From Octopus sinensis (lineage: Eukaryota), in NCBI RefSeq assembly GCF_006345805.1, contig NC_043025.1:5456001-5520000 (forward strand): a stretch of DNA of 64,000 bases, given 5' to 3'. Below, piece by piece: positions 40,101-52,024 of this stretch. The position numbers and the translations under genes are program-made. Numbering within the stretch: position 1 is the first letter of the stretch; every line of letters begins with the position of its first letter. A model generated the notes under the pieces. It searched no databases. It saw nothing but the letters and a program-made list of their open reading frames with translations, and was not told where the DNA came from.

Positions 40101-43100
40101 TGTTATCATGTACATTGTTTTGTCTTGTTATAAAAGATGGGCTACAGAAAATATTCTGCTCAATACCACAGATTTGCTAATGCCCTGATGCAGTACCAGG
40201 CAGTGGCTCTCATGGCTTCTGATCTTAACTGATTGGAAGTGTTATCATGTACATTGTTTTGTCTTCGTATAAAAGATGGGCTACAGCAAATATTCTGCTC
40301 AATACCACAGATTTGCTAATGCCCTGATGCAGTACCAGGCAGTGGCTCTCATGGCTTCTGATCTTAACTGATTGGAAGTGTTATCATGTACATTGTTTTG
40401 TCTTGGTATAAAAGATGGCCTACAGCAAATATTCTGCTCAATACCACAGATTTGCTAATACCCTGATGCAGTACCGGGCAGTGGCTCTCGTGGTTCTGGT
40501 CTTAACTGATTGGAAGTGTTATCATGTACATTGTTTTGTCTTGGTATAAAAGATGGCCTACAGCAAATTCTGCTCAATACCACAGATTTTCTAATGGCCT
40601 GTTGCAGTACCTGGCAGTGGCTCTCGTGGCTTCTGATCTTAACTGATTGGAAGTGTTCTCATTACATTGTTTTGTCTTGGTATAAAAGATGGCATACAGC
40701 AAATATTCTGCTCAATACCACAGATTTGCTAATGCCCTGATGCAGTACCAGGCAGTGGCTCTCATGGCTTCTGATCTTAACTGATTGGAAGTGTTATCAT
40801 GTACATTGTTTTGTCTTGGTATAAAAGATGGCCTTCAGCAAATATTCTGCTCAATACCACAGATTTGCTAATGCCCTGATGCGTACCAGGCAGTGGCTCT
40901 CATGGCTTCTGATCTTAACTGATTGGAAGTTGTTATCATGTACATTTTGGTCTTGGTATAAAAGATGGGCTACAGCAAATATTCTGCTCAATACCACAGA
41001 TTTGCTAATGCCCTGATGCAGTTCCAGGCAGTGGCTCTCGTGGCTTCTGATCTTAACTGATTGGAAGTGTTATCATGTACATTGTTTTGTCTTGGTATAA
41101 AAGATGGCCTACAGCAAATATTCTGCTCAATACCACAGATTTGCTAATACCCTGATGCAGTACCGGGCAGTGGCTCTCGTGGCTTCTGGTCTTAACTGAT
41201 TGGAAGTGTTATCATGTACATTGTTTTGTCTTGGTATAAAAGATGGCCTACAGCAAATATTCTGCTCAATACCACAGATTTTCTAATGGCCTGTTGCAGT
41301 ACATGGCAGTGGCTCTCGTGGCTTCTGATCTTAACTGATTGGAGTGTTCTCATTTACATTGTTTTGTCTTGGTATAAAAGATGGCATACAGCAAATATCT
41401 GCTCAATACCACAGATTTGCTAATGCCCTGATGCAGTACCAGGCAGTGGCTCTCATGGCTTCTGATCTTAACTGATTGGAAGTGTTATCATGTACATTGT
41501 TTTGTCTTGGTATAAAAGATGGCCTTCAGCAAATATTCTGCTCAATACCACAGATTTGCTAATGCCCTGATGCAGTACCAGGCAGTGGCTCTCATGGCTT
41601 CTGATCTTAACTGATTGGAAGTGTTATCATGTACATTGTTTTGTCTTGGTATAAAAGATGGGCTACAGCAAATATTCTGCTCAATACCACAGATTTGCTA
41701 ATGCCCTGATGCAGTTCCAGGCAGTGGCTCTCGTGGCTTCTGATCTTAACTGATTGGAAGTGTTATCATGTACATTGTTTTGTCTTGGTATAAATGATGG
41801 CCTACAGCAAATATTCTGCTCAATACCACAGATTTGCTAATACCCTGATGCAGTACCAGGCAGTGGCTCTCATGGCTTCTGATCTTAACTGATTGGAAGT
41901 GTTATCATGTACATTGTTTTGTCTTGGTATAAAAGATGGCCTACAGCAAATATTCTGCTCAATACCACAGATTTGCTAATTCCCCTGATGCAGTACCAGG
42001 CAGTGGCTCTCATGGCTTCTGATCTTAACTGATTGGAAGTGTTATCATGTACATTGTTTGGTCTTGGTATAAAAGATGGGCTACAGCAAATATTCTGCTC
42101 AATACCACAGATTTGCTAATGCCCTGATGCAGTTCCAGGCAGTGGCTCTCGTGGCTTCTGATCTTAACTGATTGGAAGTGTTCTCATGTACATTGTTTTG
42201 TCTTGGTATAAAAGATGGCCTACAGCAAATATTCTGCTCAATACCACAGATTTGCTAATACCCTGATGCAGTACCAGGCAGTGGCTCTCATGGCTTCTGA
42301 TCTTAACTGATTGGAAGTGTTATCATGTACATTGTTTTGTCTTGGTATAAAAGATGGGCTACAGCAAATATTCTGCTCAATACCACAGATTTGCTAATGC
42401 CCTGATGCAGTACCAGGCAGTGGCTCTCATGGCTTCTGATCTTAACTGATTGGAAGTGTTATCATGTGCATTGTTTTGTCTTGGTATAAAAGATGGCCTA
42501 GAGCAAATATTCTGCTCAATACCACAGATTTGCTAATGCCCTGATGCAGTACCAGGCAGTGGCTCTCATGGCTTCTGATCTTAACTGATTGGAAGTGTTA
42601 TCATGTACATTGTTTGGTCTTGGTATAAAAGATGGGCTACAGCAAATATTCTGCTCAATACCACAGATTTGCTAATGCCCTGATGCAGTTCCAGGCAGTG
42701 GCTCTCGTGGCTTCTGATCTTAACTGATTGGAAGTGTTATCATGTACATTGTTTTGTCTTGGTATAAAAGATGGCCTACAGCAAATATTCTGCTCAATAC
42801 CACAGATTTGCTAATACCCTGATGCAGTACCAGGCAGTGCTCTCATGGCTTCTGATCTAAACTGATGGAAGTGTTATCATGTACATTGTTTTGTCTTGGT
42901 ATAAAAGATGCCTACAGCAAATATTCTGCTCAATACCACAGATTTGCTAATTCCCCTGATGCAGTACCAGGCAGTGGCTCTCATGGCTTCTGATCTTAAC
43001 TGATTGGAAGTGTTATCATGTACATTGTTTGGTCTTGGTATGAAAGATGGGCTACAGCAAATATTCTGCTCAATACCACCACAGATTTGCTAATGCCCTG

Positions 43101-44360
43101 ATGCAGTACCAGCAGTGGCTCTCATGGCTTCTGATCTTAACTGATTGGAAGTGTTATCATGTGCATTGTTTTGTCTTGGTATAAAAGATGGGCTAGAGCA
43201 AATATTCTGCTCAATACCACAGATTTGCTAATGCCCTGATGCAGTACCAGGCAGTGGCTCTCGTGGCTTCTGATCTTAACTGATTGGAAGTGTTCTCATG
43301 TACATTGTTTGGTCTGGTATAAAAGATGGCTACAGCAAATATTCTGCTCAATACCACAGATTTGCTAATGCCCTGATGCAGTACCAGGCAGTGGCTCTCA
43401 TGGCTTCTGATCTTAACTGATTGGAAGTGTTATCATGTACATTGTTTGGTCTTGGTATAAAAGATGGGCTACAGCAAATATTCTTCTCAATACCACAGAT
43501 TTGCTAATACCCTGATGCAGTACCAGGCAGTGGCTCTCGTGGCTTCTGATCTTAACTGATTGGAAGTGTTATCATGTACATTGTTTTGTCTTGGTATAAA
43601 AGATGGCCTACAGCAAATATTCTGCTCAATACCACAGATTTGCTAATACCCTGCTGCAGTACCAGGCAGTGGCTCTCGTGGCTTCTGATCTTAACTGATT
43701 GGAAGTGTTCTCATGTACATTGTTTTGTCTTGGTATAAAAGATGGCCTACAGCAAATATTCTGCTCAATACCACAGATTTGCTAATGCCCTGATGCAGTA
43801 CCAGGCAGTGGCTCTCATGGCTTCTGATCTTAACTGATTGGAAGTGTTATCATGTACATTGTTTGGTCTTGGTATAAAAGATGGGCTACAGCAAATATTC
43901 TTCTCAATACCACAGATTTGCTTGTCAGTTGTTTGATCGTAACCAGTTGAGCATGTCCCTTAGCGGCTGATGATATGTGCATCTCTGATCAGGAGCAGGA
44001 GTAGTGGAGGAGCATCATAGCCATGTGTTGAGAGGGATTCTTTGGGGTTAGAATAATTCACCTCTGGAAACATGGGTGGTTCGTTCAACATCCTTAAACA
44101 ACCCTTATTCAGGGACCTTTTGAGCAGGATGGGTTACTCGACCAGAAGAAAATTCTAACTGGGCCCCACATGCAAGGTCATGCATTGTTTATCTTGATAT
44201 GAGATCACCATGCCATGCACATATGGTTGTGATGCATGTGCCTAGTGTACCCTTATCAGAAGGGTAGTCATGATGGGTATATTGGGCTTCGTATATTTTA
44301 CCCCAGTGTCACTTTGATGGCATGCACTGCTCTCTCAGTCAATAATAATAATAATAATAA
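31143..44360 (-). mobile_element. (AAT)n-flanked non-coding element (~560 bp as monomer) whose terminal 139 bp is the satellite; possibly an R4/Dong derivative
   Basis: (AAT)n at 31143-31177 and 44340-44360; the last unit continues without a break into unique sequence 43923-44339. The Dong link rests on known TAA-repeat targeting and is inference. Confidence 0.5.
31178..43922. repeat. 139-bp satellite array, about 92 copies, 12.7 kb
   Basis: Unit aatgccctgatgcagtaccaggcagtggctctc...aataccacagatttgct; identical ORFs at 33358, 33497 and 33636 give period 139. Confidence 0.97.
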
Positions 44361-44469
44361 TGGTTTCAAATTTTGTCTCAAGGGCAGCCTTTTTGGGGGA
44401 GGAGACTAGTCAATTACATCAACCCCAGTACTCAACTGGTACTTTATCGACCCTGAAAGCATGAAAGAT

Positions 44470-45290
44470 AGCTTCCTCTCTGCCCATTTCAGGGTGAGAT
44501 TGGCTACCCTGCTTATCACCTACCCCAGTTCTTGTCTACCTGGAGGTCTGGACCAAACCAGACCCCAAGCAATTTAACCAGTGCTTTCCGTCCAGCACTA
44601 CAACGCTGTTGGTTGGCATGGGCCTGCTTCTCCGAGTGCCAAGCTGCAGACCCACCGACTTCTCCTGGTTGATCTTTGCTCCTGTCACAACTTCATACTT
44701 CCTTAGAACAGTGCCAACCACCTCAATTACTGAGCTGTCCGATATTATTACAGTGACATCATCCGTATAAGCTGACATAGTGGAGGTGCAATGGCCCAGT
44801 GGTTAGGGCAGCGGACTCGCGGTCGTAGGATCGCGGTTTCGATTCCCAGACCGGGCGTTGTGAGTGTTTATTGAACAAAAACACCTAAAGCTCCACGAGG
44901 CTCCGGCAGGGGATGGTGTTGATCCCTGCTGTACTCTTTCACCACAACTTTCTCTCACTCTTACTTCCTGTTTCTGTTGTACCTGTATTTCAAAGGGCCA
45001 GCCTTGTCACTCTTTGTGTCACGCTGAATATCCCCAAGAACTACATTAAGGGTACACGTGTCTGTGTAGTGCTCAGCCACTTACACGTTAATTTCACGAG
45101 CAGGCTGTTCCGTTGATCGTAACCGATGGAATGCTTCCTAAATAAGCTGACATGAAACTACCGCATCCCAGATCATACACGATGCTCCTCGAAATATCCA
45201 GCTTCCGTAGCAATTGCTTGAAAGCCAGTACATACAGAAGAAGTGATAGTGGACATCCTTGACAGACTGAACAAGCGATGCTAAACAATT
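44470..45290 (-). mobile_element. Tx1/L1-type RT fragment interrupted by a SINE
   Basis: QGCPLSLLLYVLA...SFMSAY continues as SAYTDDVTV...YEVVTGAKINQEKS on the other side of the SINE. Confidence 0.75.
44779..45141 (+). mobile_element. Family C SINE with 12-bp target-site duplication
   Basis: ataagctgacat at 44767-44778 and 45142-45153. Confidence 0.85.
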
Positions 45291-45499
45291 CCGATAGATG
45301 GCTATTTACTTAATGGCTTGAAATTTTGGCACCAGGCCAGCAAGTTTGGAGCAGAGGTTAAGTTTGATTTCATTGACCCCAGCACTTAACTGGTACTCAT
45401 TTTATTGACCCCTGAAAGAATGAGAGGCAAAATCGACCTCAGCAAAATTTGCACTATAATGATGGTGGTGGTGGTGGTGGTGGTTGTTTGAAATGTTAG

Positions 45500-46275
45500 T
45501 TACTTAATTTTTTGGCTCAAAAAGCAAAAACCAAGGCCATGTAGGGGGACATGGAGTTATGTAGAGGGTGGTGTTCATGCAAAGAGTTCAGGCCATTTCT
45601 GGTCAAGAGAGACTTTGAACCGAGTGGTCGTTGGCATCTTCACCGTCTCGTCCGGCAGCTTATTCCACGGATCCGCAACCCGGACGGAGAAAGCCCCTCT
45701 CCTTCGATTGAGATGAAATCGTCACAGATAGAGCTTTTCGGAGTGACCCCACAGCCGACGTTCTGGAGCAGGAGTGAAGAACAGCTCTTTCTAGAGGTTA
45801 CACTTTCCGCTTATGATGTATGTAATGTGTGTATGTATGTTAAGTTAAGTTAATTTTTTGGCTCAAAAAGCAAAAAGCAAGGCCATGTAGGGAGACATGG
45901 AGTTATGTAGAGGGTGGTGTTCATGTAAAGAGTTCAGGCCACTTGTGGTCAAGTGAGACTTTGAACCGAGCGGTCGTCGGCATCTTCACTATCCCGTCCG
46001 GCAGCTTATTCCACGGATCCGCAACCCAGACGGAGAAAGCCCCTCTCCTTCGCTTAAGATGAAATCATCGCAGATAGAGCTTTTCGGAGTGACCCTGCAG
46101 CCGACGCTCTGGAGCAGGAGTGAAGAACAGCTCTTTCGAGAGGTTACACTTTCCGCTTATGATGTTGTGAGCAAGAATGAGATCACCACAGCGGCGGCGT
46201 TTTTCTAGAGAATAAAGGTCGAGCGTCTTCAGCCTTTCTTCATAAGACAAATTCTTCATAAATGGTAGGATCTAA
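45500..46275 (-). mobile_element. CR1 LINE 3' fragment with ~346-bp tandem duplication of its 3' end
   Basis: LSYEERLKTLDLYSLEKRRRCGDLI is the typical CR1 motif; aattttttggctc at 45506 and 45852. Confidence 0.85.
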
Positions 46276-46335
46276 TCACAAAACCCCTTCATCACTCTTT
46301 CTCATTTTTTCTCTCTCTCTCTGTCTTTCTTGTAG

Positions 46336-46552
46336 GACATCCAAGTTTTCATTCTTGACAGGCCCCTTGTTGGTTCATCCACCGGCTGAGGATAATTATG
46401 GCACCGATGCTTGTTCTATCCTTTGTCTACAGACCACCCCTCCTGTTGTTGTCATAGCTACCAATGAAGGCAAGTTACATCACTGCATTGTCCTTAATGA
46501 GAAGAGCGGAAAATCTACCATTCCGGACACAGCCAACTCCGATGATTCCAGT
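46336..46552 (+). CDS. NUP88: NUP88 internal exon (217 nt, phase 2-0): (K)[72 protein letters not shown]
   Basis: tttcttgtag|G...TCCAGT|gtaggt; [18 protein letters not shown] matches the recalled NUP88 signature GPLPMHPAAEDNYGYDAC. Confidence 0.95.
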
Positions 46553-46591
46553 GTAGGTATTCTTATCATTCTGCCTCACATGTTTATCCTT

Positions 46592-46735
46592 TATCTATCT
46601 ATCTGTCTATCTATCTATTTGTCTATCTATCTGTCTGTCTGTCTATCTATTTGTCTATCTGTCTGTCTGTCTATCTATCTGTCTATCTATCTATTTCTAT
46701 CTGTCTGTCTGTCTGTCTGTCTATCTATTTAGCTA

Positions 46736-46767
<32 letters not shown>

Positions 46768-46860
46768 TTTAGCTATCTGTCTGTCTGTCTATCTATCTAT
46801 TTAGCTATCTGTCTGTCTGTCTGGCTATCTATCTATATCTATCTATCTCTATCTATCTAC
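46592..46860. repeat. (TCTA)n/(TCTG)n tetranucleotide microsatellite
   Basis: Directly visible, just downstream of the exon donor. Confidence 0.95.
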
Positions 46861-47319
46861 CCCTGTCCCCCTTTCTCTCTCTCGCTCATCATCATCATCT
46901 TTACTTGTGCCGGTTACATGTAAGAGACACCTGCGCTGGTGACACATAAAAGGCACCCACTACACTCTCGGAGTGGTTGGTGTTAGGGAGGGCATCCAGC
47001 CATAGAAAACCATGCCTAATCAGACTGGAACTTGGTGCAGCTCTCCAGCTTACCCCTTCCAGGCAAATCATCTAACCCATGCCAGCATGGAAAGCGGATG
47101 CTAAATGATGATGATGATGATGGTTCATGCTGATACAATTTGAGACCTGGTGATTCTGAGGACTGCATCAGCCTTTGCCCTGGTTTCTACAGCTGCACGC
47201 TGTTCCTAACACCAGTCCCTTTACAAAATATACTGGGGTGCCTTTTACATAGCACCAGCACCAGAGAGGTCACCGTGCAACCAGCAAAACTAAAGGTTCC
47301 TGTCGATTGAGTTAAACTA

Positions 47320-47811
47320 CCGTAAATCCTCAAGTATAATCCGCACTTTTTTCCCATAATTTAAAGGTCAAAATCCCTAGTGCGTACTATATATGAGGTT
47401 AAAAATGAAAAATATTTTCTAAGCAATGTCCGAGTCTCTATTTGCTGTCCGGCAATGTTTATTCAGACGCATTTTGTGATGTCGGGCGCGAAAATACCTT
47501 AAGCTAAGCCTGAAAGCAATGAAGTCATAAAAGAATCATCCATAACTTGCAGTAAGCAACATTTATTAAAATAAAAGTATTCAAAACACAGAATAACATG
47601 TAACCAAAACAATTTGCAAACATATTTACATTCCCATATAACAGTTAAGAACACCACTATTATTGTATTACACATGCACGGAAGTGTTTGTTCGACTAGG
47701 TGCCACTGGCTTAATTATGCATGACTCAAATTAGAGAAGGGATGCATATTATACACATGGTTTAGGTTTTTCAGAGGTTCAGCCCCATAAAAATCCCCTG
47801 CGTATTATACT
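47320..47811. mobile_element. Tc1/pogo-like non-autonomous element, right TIR truncated
   Basis: TA|CCGTAAATCCTCAAGTATAATCCGCA; the inner part of the inverted copy tgcgtattatact is at 47799-47811. Confidence 0.55.
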
Positions 47812-48099
47812 GTCGTCCCTGCTGTGAGTCCAACATCTGTAGATTGTTTCTCACCACTTTGTCCCACATTTTCCTAGGTCTACCCTTTCCACAGGTTCCC
47901 TCCACAATTAAAGACCATCACCTCTTGATGCAGCTGATAGTATAATACAGATTTACTACATTTTCCCATTTATAATTCTTTTTATAATTCTATAAACACC
48001 TTCCACGCTGCAATTGTTTTTGTTCCAGCACACGATCCCAGATCAGGTCACTTGCTATGCAAGTACATCTCCGTAATTCTTTTTTTCTTTTATATATGA

Positions 48100-48480
48100 C
48101 TAGCAGTATCGCTCGGGTTTGTAAGGTAAATAACTATATAAGCATTTTTAGAGAGTTATAGCCAAAAAATAGCAAAAATATGGGAAAAAAATTATGGTAA
48201 ATTTTTTTTTAATCGTTGACTCATCGTAGACATTTTTAGAGAGTTACTTCCCTTATATAATAGCGAAAAAAATGCTTTAAAATGGAATAAAATGATGGTA
48301 AATTTTTTTTTAAATCGTAGACTCATCGTAGACGCGCGCTAATACCCAGAAGGGCTCAATATGAATCACGACTATAAGATACCCGGTTTTGGTTAAACTG
48401 CACTGCAAAATGTGGGAGTAGTTAGGAATCTAAATCGGAGGAGACAGACACTCACACAACTTCACTTTTATATATAAAGA
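48100..48480 (-). mobile_element. Non-autonomous Helitron
   Basis: Minus strand starts TC (tctttatata...) and ends CTAG; same family as 21277. Confidence 0.7.
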
Positions 48481-48563
48481 TATATTTATATTTATATTAT
48501 ATTTTATCTAGTTTCAGCTCACGAGCTGTGGCCATGCTATATACTTTACTCTTATTTTTGCAG

Positions 48564-48735
48564 TCCTTGCTTGACCTCCCAGAATGCAACAGTACTCTCT
48601 CCACGGACTTCAATGATCAGAGTTGCCTCTATGTCTACGAAAGCGTAGAACTGGAGTTGTCCCTTCAGGGCCAGTCCCTAAGGAGAAATATTCCTATTGA
48701 AGACGTCTTCACTTGCCCCATTCATCTTGTGAAAG
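48564..48735 (+). CDS. NUP88: NUP88 internal exon (172 nt, phase 0-1): SLLDLPECNSTLSTDFNDQSCLYVYESVELELSLQGQSLRRNIPIEDVFTCPIHLVK
   Basis: tttttgcag|TCC...AAAG|gtaag; LYVYESVELEL and FTCPIHL match recalled NUP88 LYVFECVELEL and FSCPVKL. Confidence 0.93.
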
Positions 48736-49262
48736 GTAAGAGGCTCTACCCTTGTTTATCTTTTGTCTTTCGCTTGTTTCAGTCATTAGACTTGACTGTG
48801 GTGGCCATGCTAGGACACCACCTTGAAGAATTTTTCGTGTAATAATTCGACCCCGGGATCTCTATATAATTTTTTTAGCCTGGTACTTATTCCATCAGTC
48901 ACTTGTGAGTTACAGAGATGAGATGTAAACAAACCATCACTGGTTGTCAAGCAATGGTGGAGGACAAACAGACACAAAGACACACACATATTTTATATAT
49001 ATATTTATATATATATATTTATATTATATTGAGGGTACTACTATTCGTAGATACCGCACGCTAAGAGGGACCAATGCGGTCAAAACTACTAAAATAAACA
49101 AAATTTTACCGAATGCAAAACTTCAAAGCAAGTCACTTAAAAAAAGAATTTAGTTACATATCACCTGTGATTTCGCACTGATTTCTTATAAAGATTTTAT
49201 CCTCAATTGTAAATATATATATATATATATATATATATACACGACAGACTTCTTTCAGTTTC

Positions 49263-49491
49263 TTATTTCTTTATTGCCCACAAGGGGCTAAACACAGAGG
49301 GGACAAACAAGGACAGATAAAGGGATTAAGTTGATTACATCGACCCCAGTGCGTAACTGGTACTTAATTTATCGACCTCGAAAGGATGAAAGGCAAAGTC
49401 AACTGCAGCAGAATTTGAACTCAGAACGTAACGGCAGACGAAATACTGCTAAGCATTTCGCCCACCATGCTGTTTCTACCAGCTCACCGCC
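49263..49491 (-). mobile_element. Family B SINE monomer nested in a family A SINE, 9-bp target duplication
   Basis: ttcagtttc at 49254-49262 and 49492-49500. Confidence 0.8.
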
Positions 49492-49499
49492 TTCAGTTT

Positions 49500-50202
49500 C
49501 TGTCTACCAAATCCACTCACAAGGCATTGGTCGGCCCGAGGCTATAATAGAAGACACTTGCCCAAGGTGCCAAGCAGTGGGACTGAACCCAGAACCATGT
49601 GGTTGGTAAGCAAGCTACTTACCACACAGCCACTCCTACGCTTATATATATATATATATATATATCCTAACTATATGGTTTCGGGTTCAGTCCCATTGCG
49701 TGGCACTTTGGGTAGGTGTCTTCTGCTATAGCCCCGAGCCGACCGAGCTTTGTGATTGAATTCGGTAGGTGGAGTTACTGCCGTGTGTGTATAGCTGCTC
49801 AGTGCCTCTCCGAAAGAGAGAGAGGGATATTTATACACGCACATATATACGATGGGCTTCTTTCAGTTTCCGTCTACCAAATCCACTCACAAGGCTTTGG
49901 TCTGCCCGAGGCTACAGCAGAAGATACTTGCCCAAGATGCCATGCAGTGGGACTGAACCCGGAACCATGTGGTTGGTAAACAAGCTACTTACCACACAGC
50001 CACTCCAGCACCTATATATATATATATATACATATATACGATGGGCTTCTTTCAGTTTCCGTCTACCAAATCCACTCACAAGGCTTTGGTCTGCCCGAGG
50101 CTACAGTAGAAGACATTTGCCCAAGGTGCCACGCAGTGGGACTGAACCCGGAACCATGTGGTTGGTAAACGAGCTACTTACCACACAGCCACTCCTGCAC
50201 CT
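49500..50202 (-). mobile_element. Antisense family A SINE 5' halves, including a head-to-tail dimer at about 49845-50202
   Basis: Repeated ...cttaccacacagccactcc ends. Confidence 0.8.
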
Positions 50203-50565
50203 ATATGTTGTTAATTTGTTCGACTAAATCCCTTAATGATAGTGCTCCTGGATGGCCACGCTCCAATGACTGAAACACATAAACGATAAAACGTCGAAGC
50301 GGAGAGAGCGAGAGAGAGAGATCAATACATTTGTATTCCATTGTTAGTTTGAGAGATGTGATCAGTTATTGATTAAATATCAGTGCAGTTTTGTATTTCA
50401 TTGTCAGAGCCGAGAGAATTGATCAGCTATTGATAACTATCAATATATTGTATTTCATAGTGAGTTATTGATCAAAAAAACTGGCAGAGGATCTGGGGGG
50501 TGAGGACAGGAGAAATCAATAGAACAGGATCTTGCTAAATAGTTCCTGCATTGATTGGAAAAGTA

Positions 50566-51330
50566 TCATCATCATCATCATCATTATTGTCGTCATCATC
50601 ATCATCGTCATTGCCACCATCATCATCATCATCATCATCATCATCACTGCCATCAAGAACAACAGCAGGTGCAGCATCAATACCATCATCATCATCGTCG
50701 TTTCCATCCTCTTCCTCATCACCGTCAATATCATCATCATCATCATCATCATCACCATCCGTCCCACCGCCATCATCACCACGGCTACCGTCACCATCAT
50801 CACCGCCCCCACCACCACCACCACCATCTGATTGAGAAATCAATACAATAGGATCTTATTAAATATTTTTCTGAAATGATTGGAAAATCCTCATCATCAT
50901 CATCCTCCTCCTCCTCCTCATCATCATCATCATCCTCATCATCATCGTCATCATCGTTATCACCACCACCACCAGCTGCAACAGTTGTGTGTGGAGGGGA
51001 ATGAAAGGAGCTGCTGCCATGTGTTGTTGCTTTTGTTGTTGTTGTTGCTTTTGTTGTTGTTGTTGTTGTTATAACTGCAGTAATGGCTGGAGGGGGAGGG
51101 GCTGTTTTTGCTGCGTCACTGCAGCATGTCGGTTATTAAGACTTCTTGTTGATGTTGGAGTGGTGGCGGCGGCGGCGACAGTGGCGGTGGTAGCGTCGAC
51201 AGTGGCGGTAGTGGTGGTGGTGGTGACGACAGTGGTAGTGGTGGTGGTGGTGACGACAGTGGTAGTGGTGGTGGTGGAGGTGGCGTCGACAGTGGCGGTG
51301 GTAGTGGTGACGGTGGTGGTCGTCGTCGTA
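50566..51330. repeat. (CAT/CAC)n tract followed by (GTT/GTG)n tract
   Basis: Directly visible trinucleotide repeats. Confidence 0.9.
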
Positions 51331-51620
51331 GGAATTAAGGGCTCATGGCTTAGTGTTTCCGGGTATTCAGTCGGTGCTCGTAAAGTTGTGAGTTCAATTC
51401 CCACTGGAGCGCTGTATCCTTGAGCAAGGCACTCGTGTTTCACATTGCTCCAGTCCACTCAGCTGGTTAGAAATGAGCCGTACCCGTAATTCAGAGGGGT
51501 CCAGCCTTGATGCATTTCTGTGCCGTGCTGAATCTCCCCGAGAACTACATTAAGAGTACGCGTGTCTGTGGAGTACTCAGCCACTTGCAAGTTAATTTCA
51601 CAAGCAGGTAGTCCCATTGA

Positions 51621-52024
51621 GGCGGTGAGCTGGCAGAAACATTAGCACACCATATGAAATGCTTAGCGGTATTTTGTCTGACGTTAGGTTCTGAGTTCAA
51701 ATTCCGCCAAGGTCGACTTTGCCTTTCATCCTTTCGGGGTCGATTAAATAAGTACCAGTTACGCACTGGGGTCAATATAATCGACTTAATCCGTTTGTCT
51801 GTCCTTGTTTGTCCTCTCTATGTTTAGCCCCTTGTGGGTAGTAAAAAAATAGGTATTTCGTCTGCCGCTACGTTCTGAGTTCAAATTCCGCCGAGGTCGA
51901 ATTTGCCTTTCATCCTTTCGGGGTCGATTAAATAAGTACCAGTTACGCACTGGGGTCGATTTAATTGACTTAATCCGTTTGTCCCTCTATGTTTAGCACC
52001 TTGTGGGTAATAAAGAAATAGGTA
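51621..52024 (+). mobile_element. Family B SINE with 184-bp internal tandem duplication
   Basis: Body starts at 51669 and 51853; same junction as at 17081. Confidence 0.8.

Noticed and set aside
31178-43922. CRISPR array or coding repeat (60-77 aa ORFs in the satellite)
   Set aside because: Contiguous units with no unique spacers, eukaryotic context, and a period of 139 that is not a multiple of 3.
50516-51458. Poly-His, poly-Asp, poly-Ser and Thr/Val-rich ORFs
   Set aside because: Trinucleotide repeats that are open in most frames on both strands.
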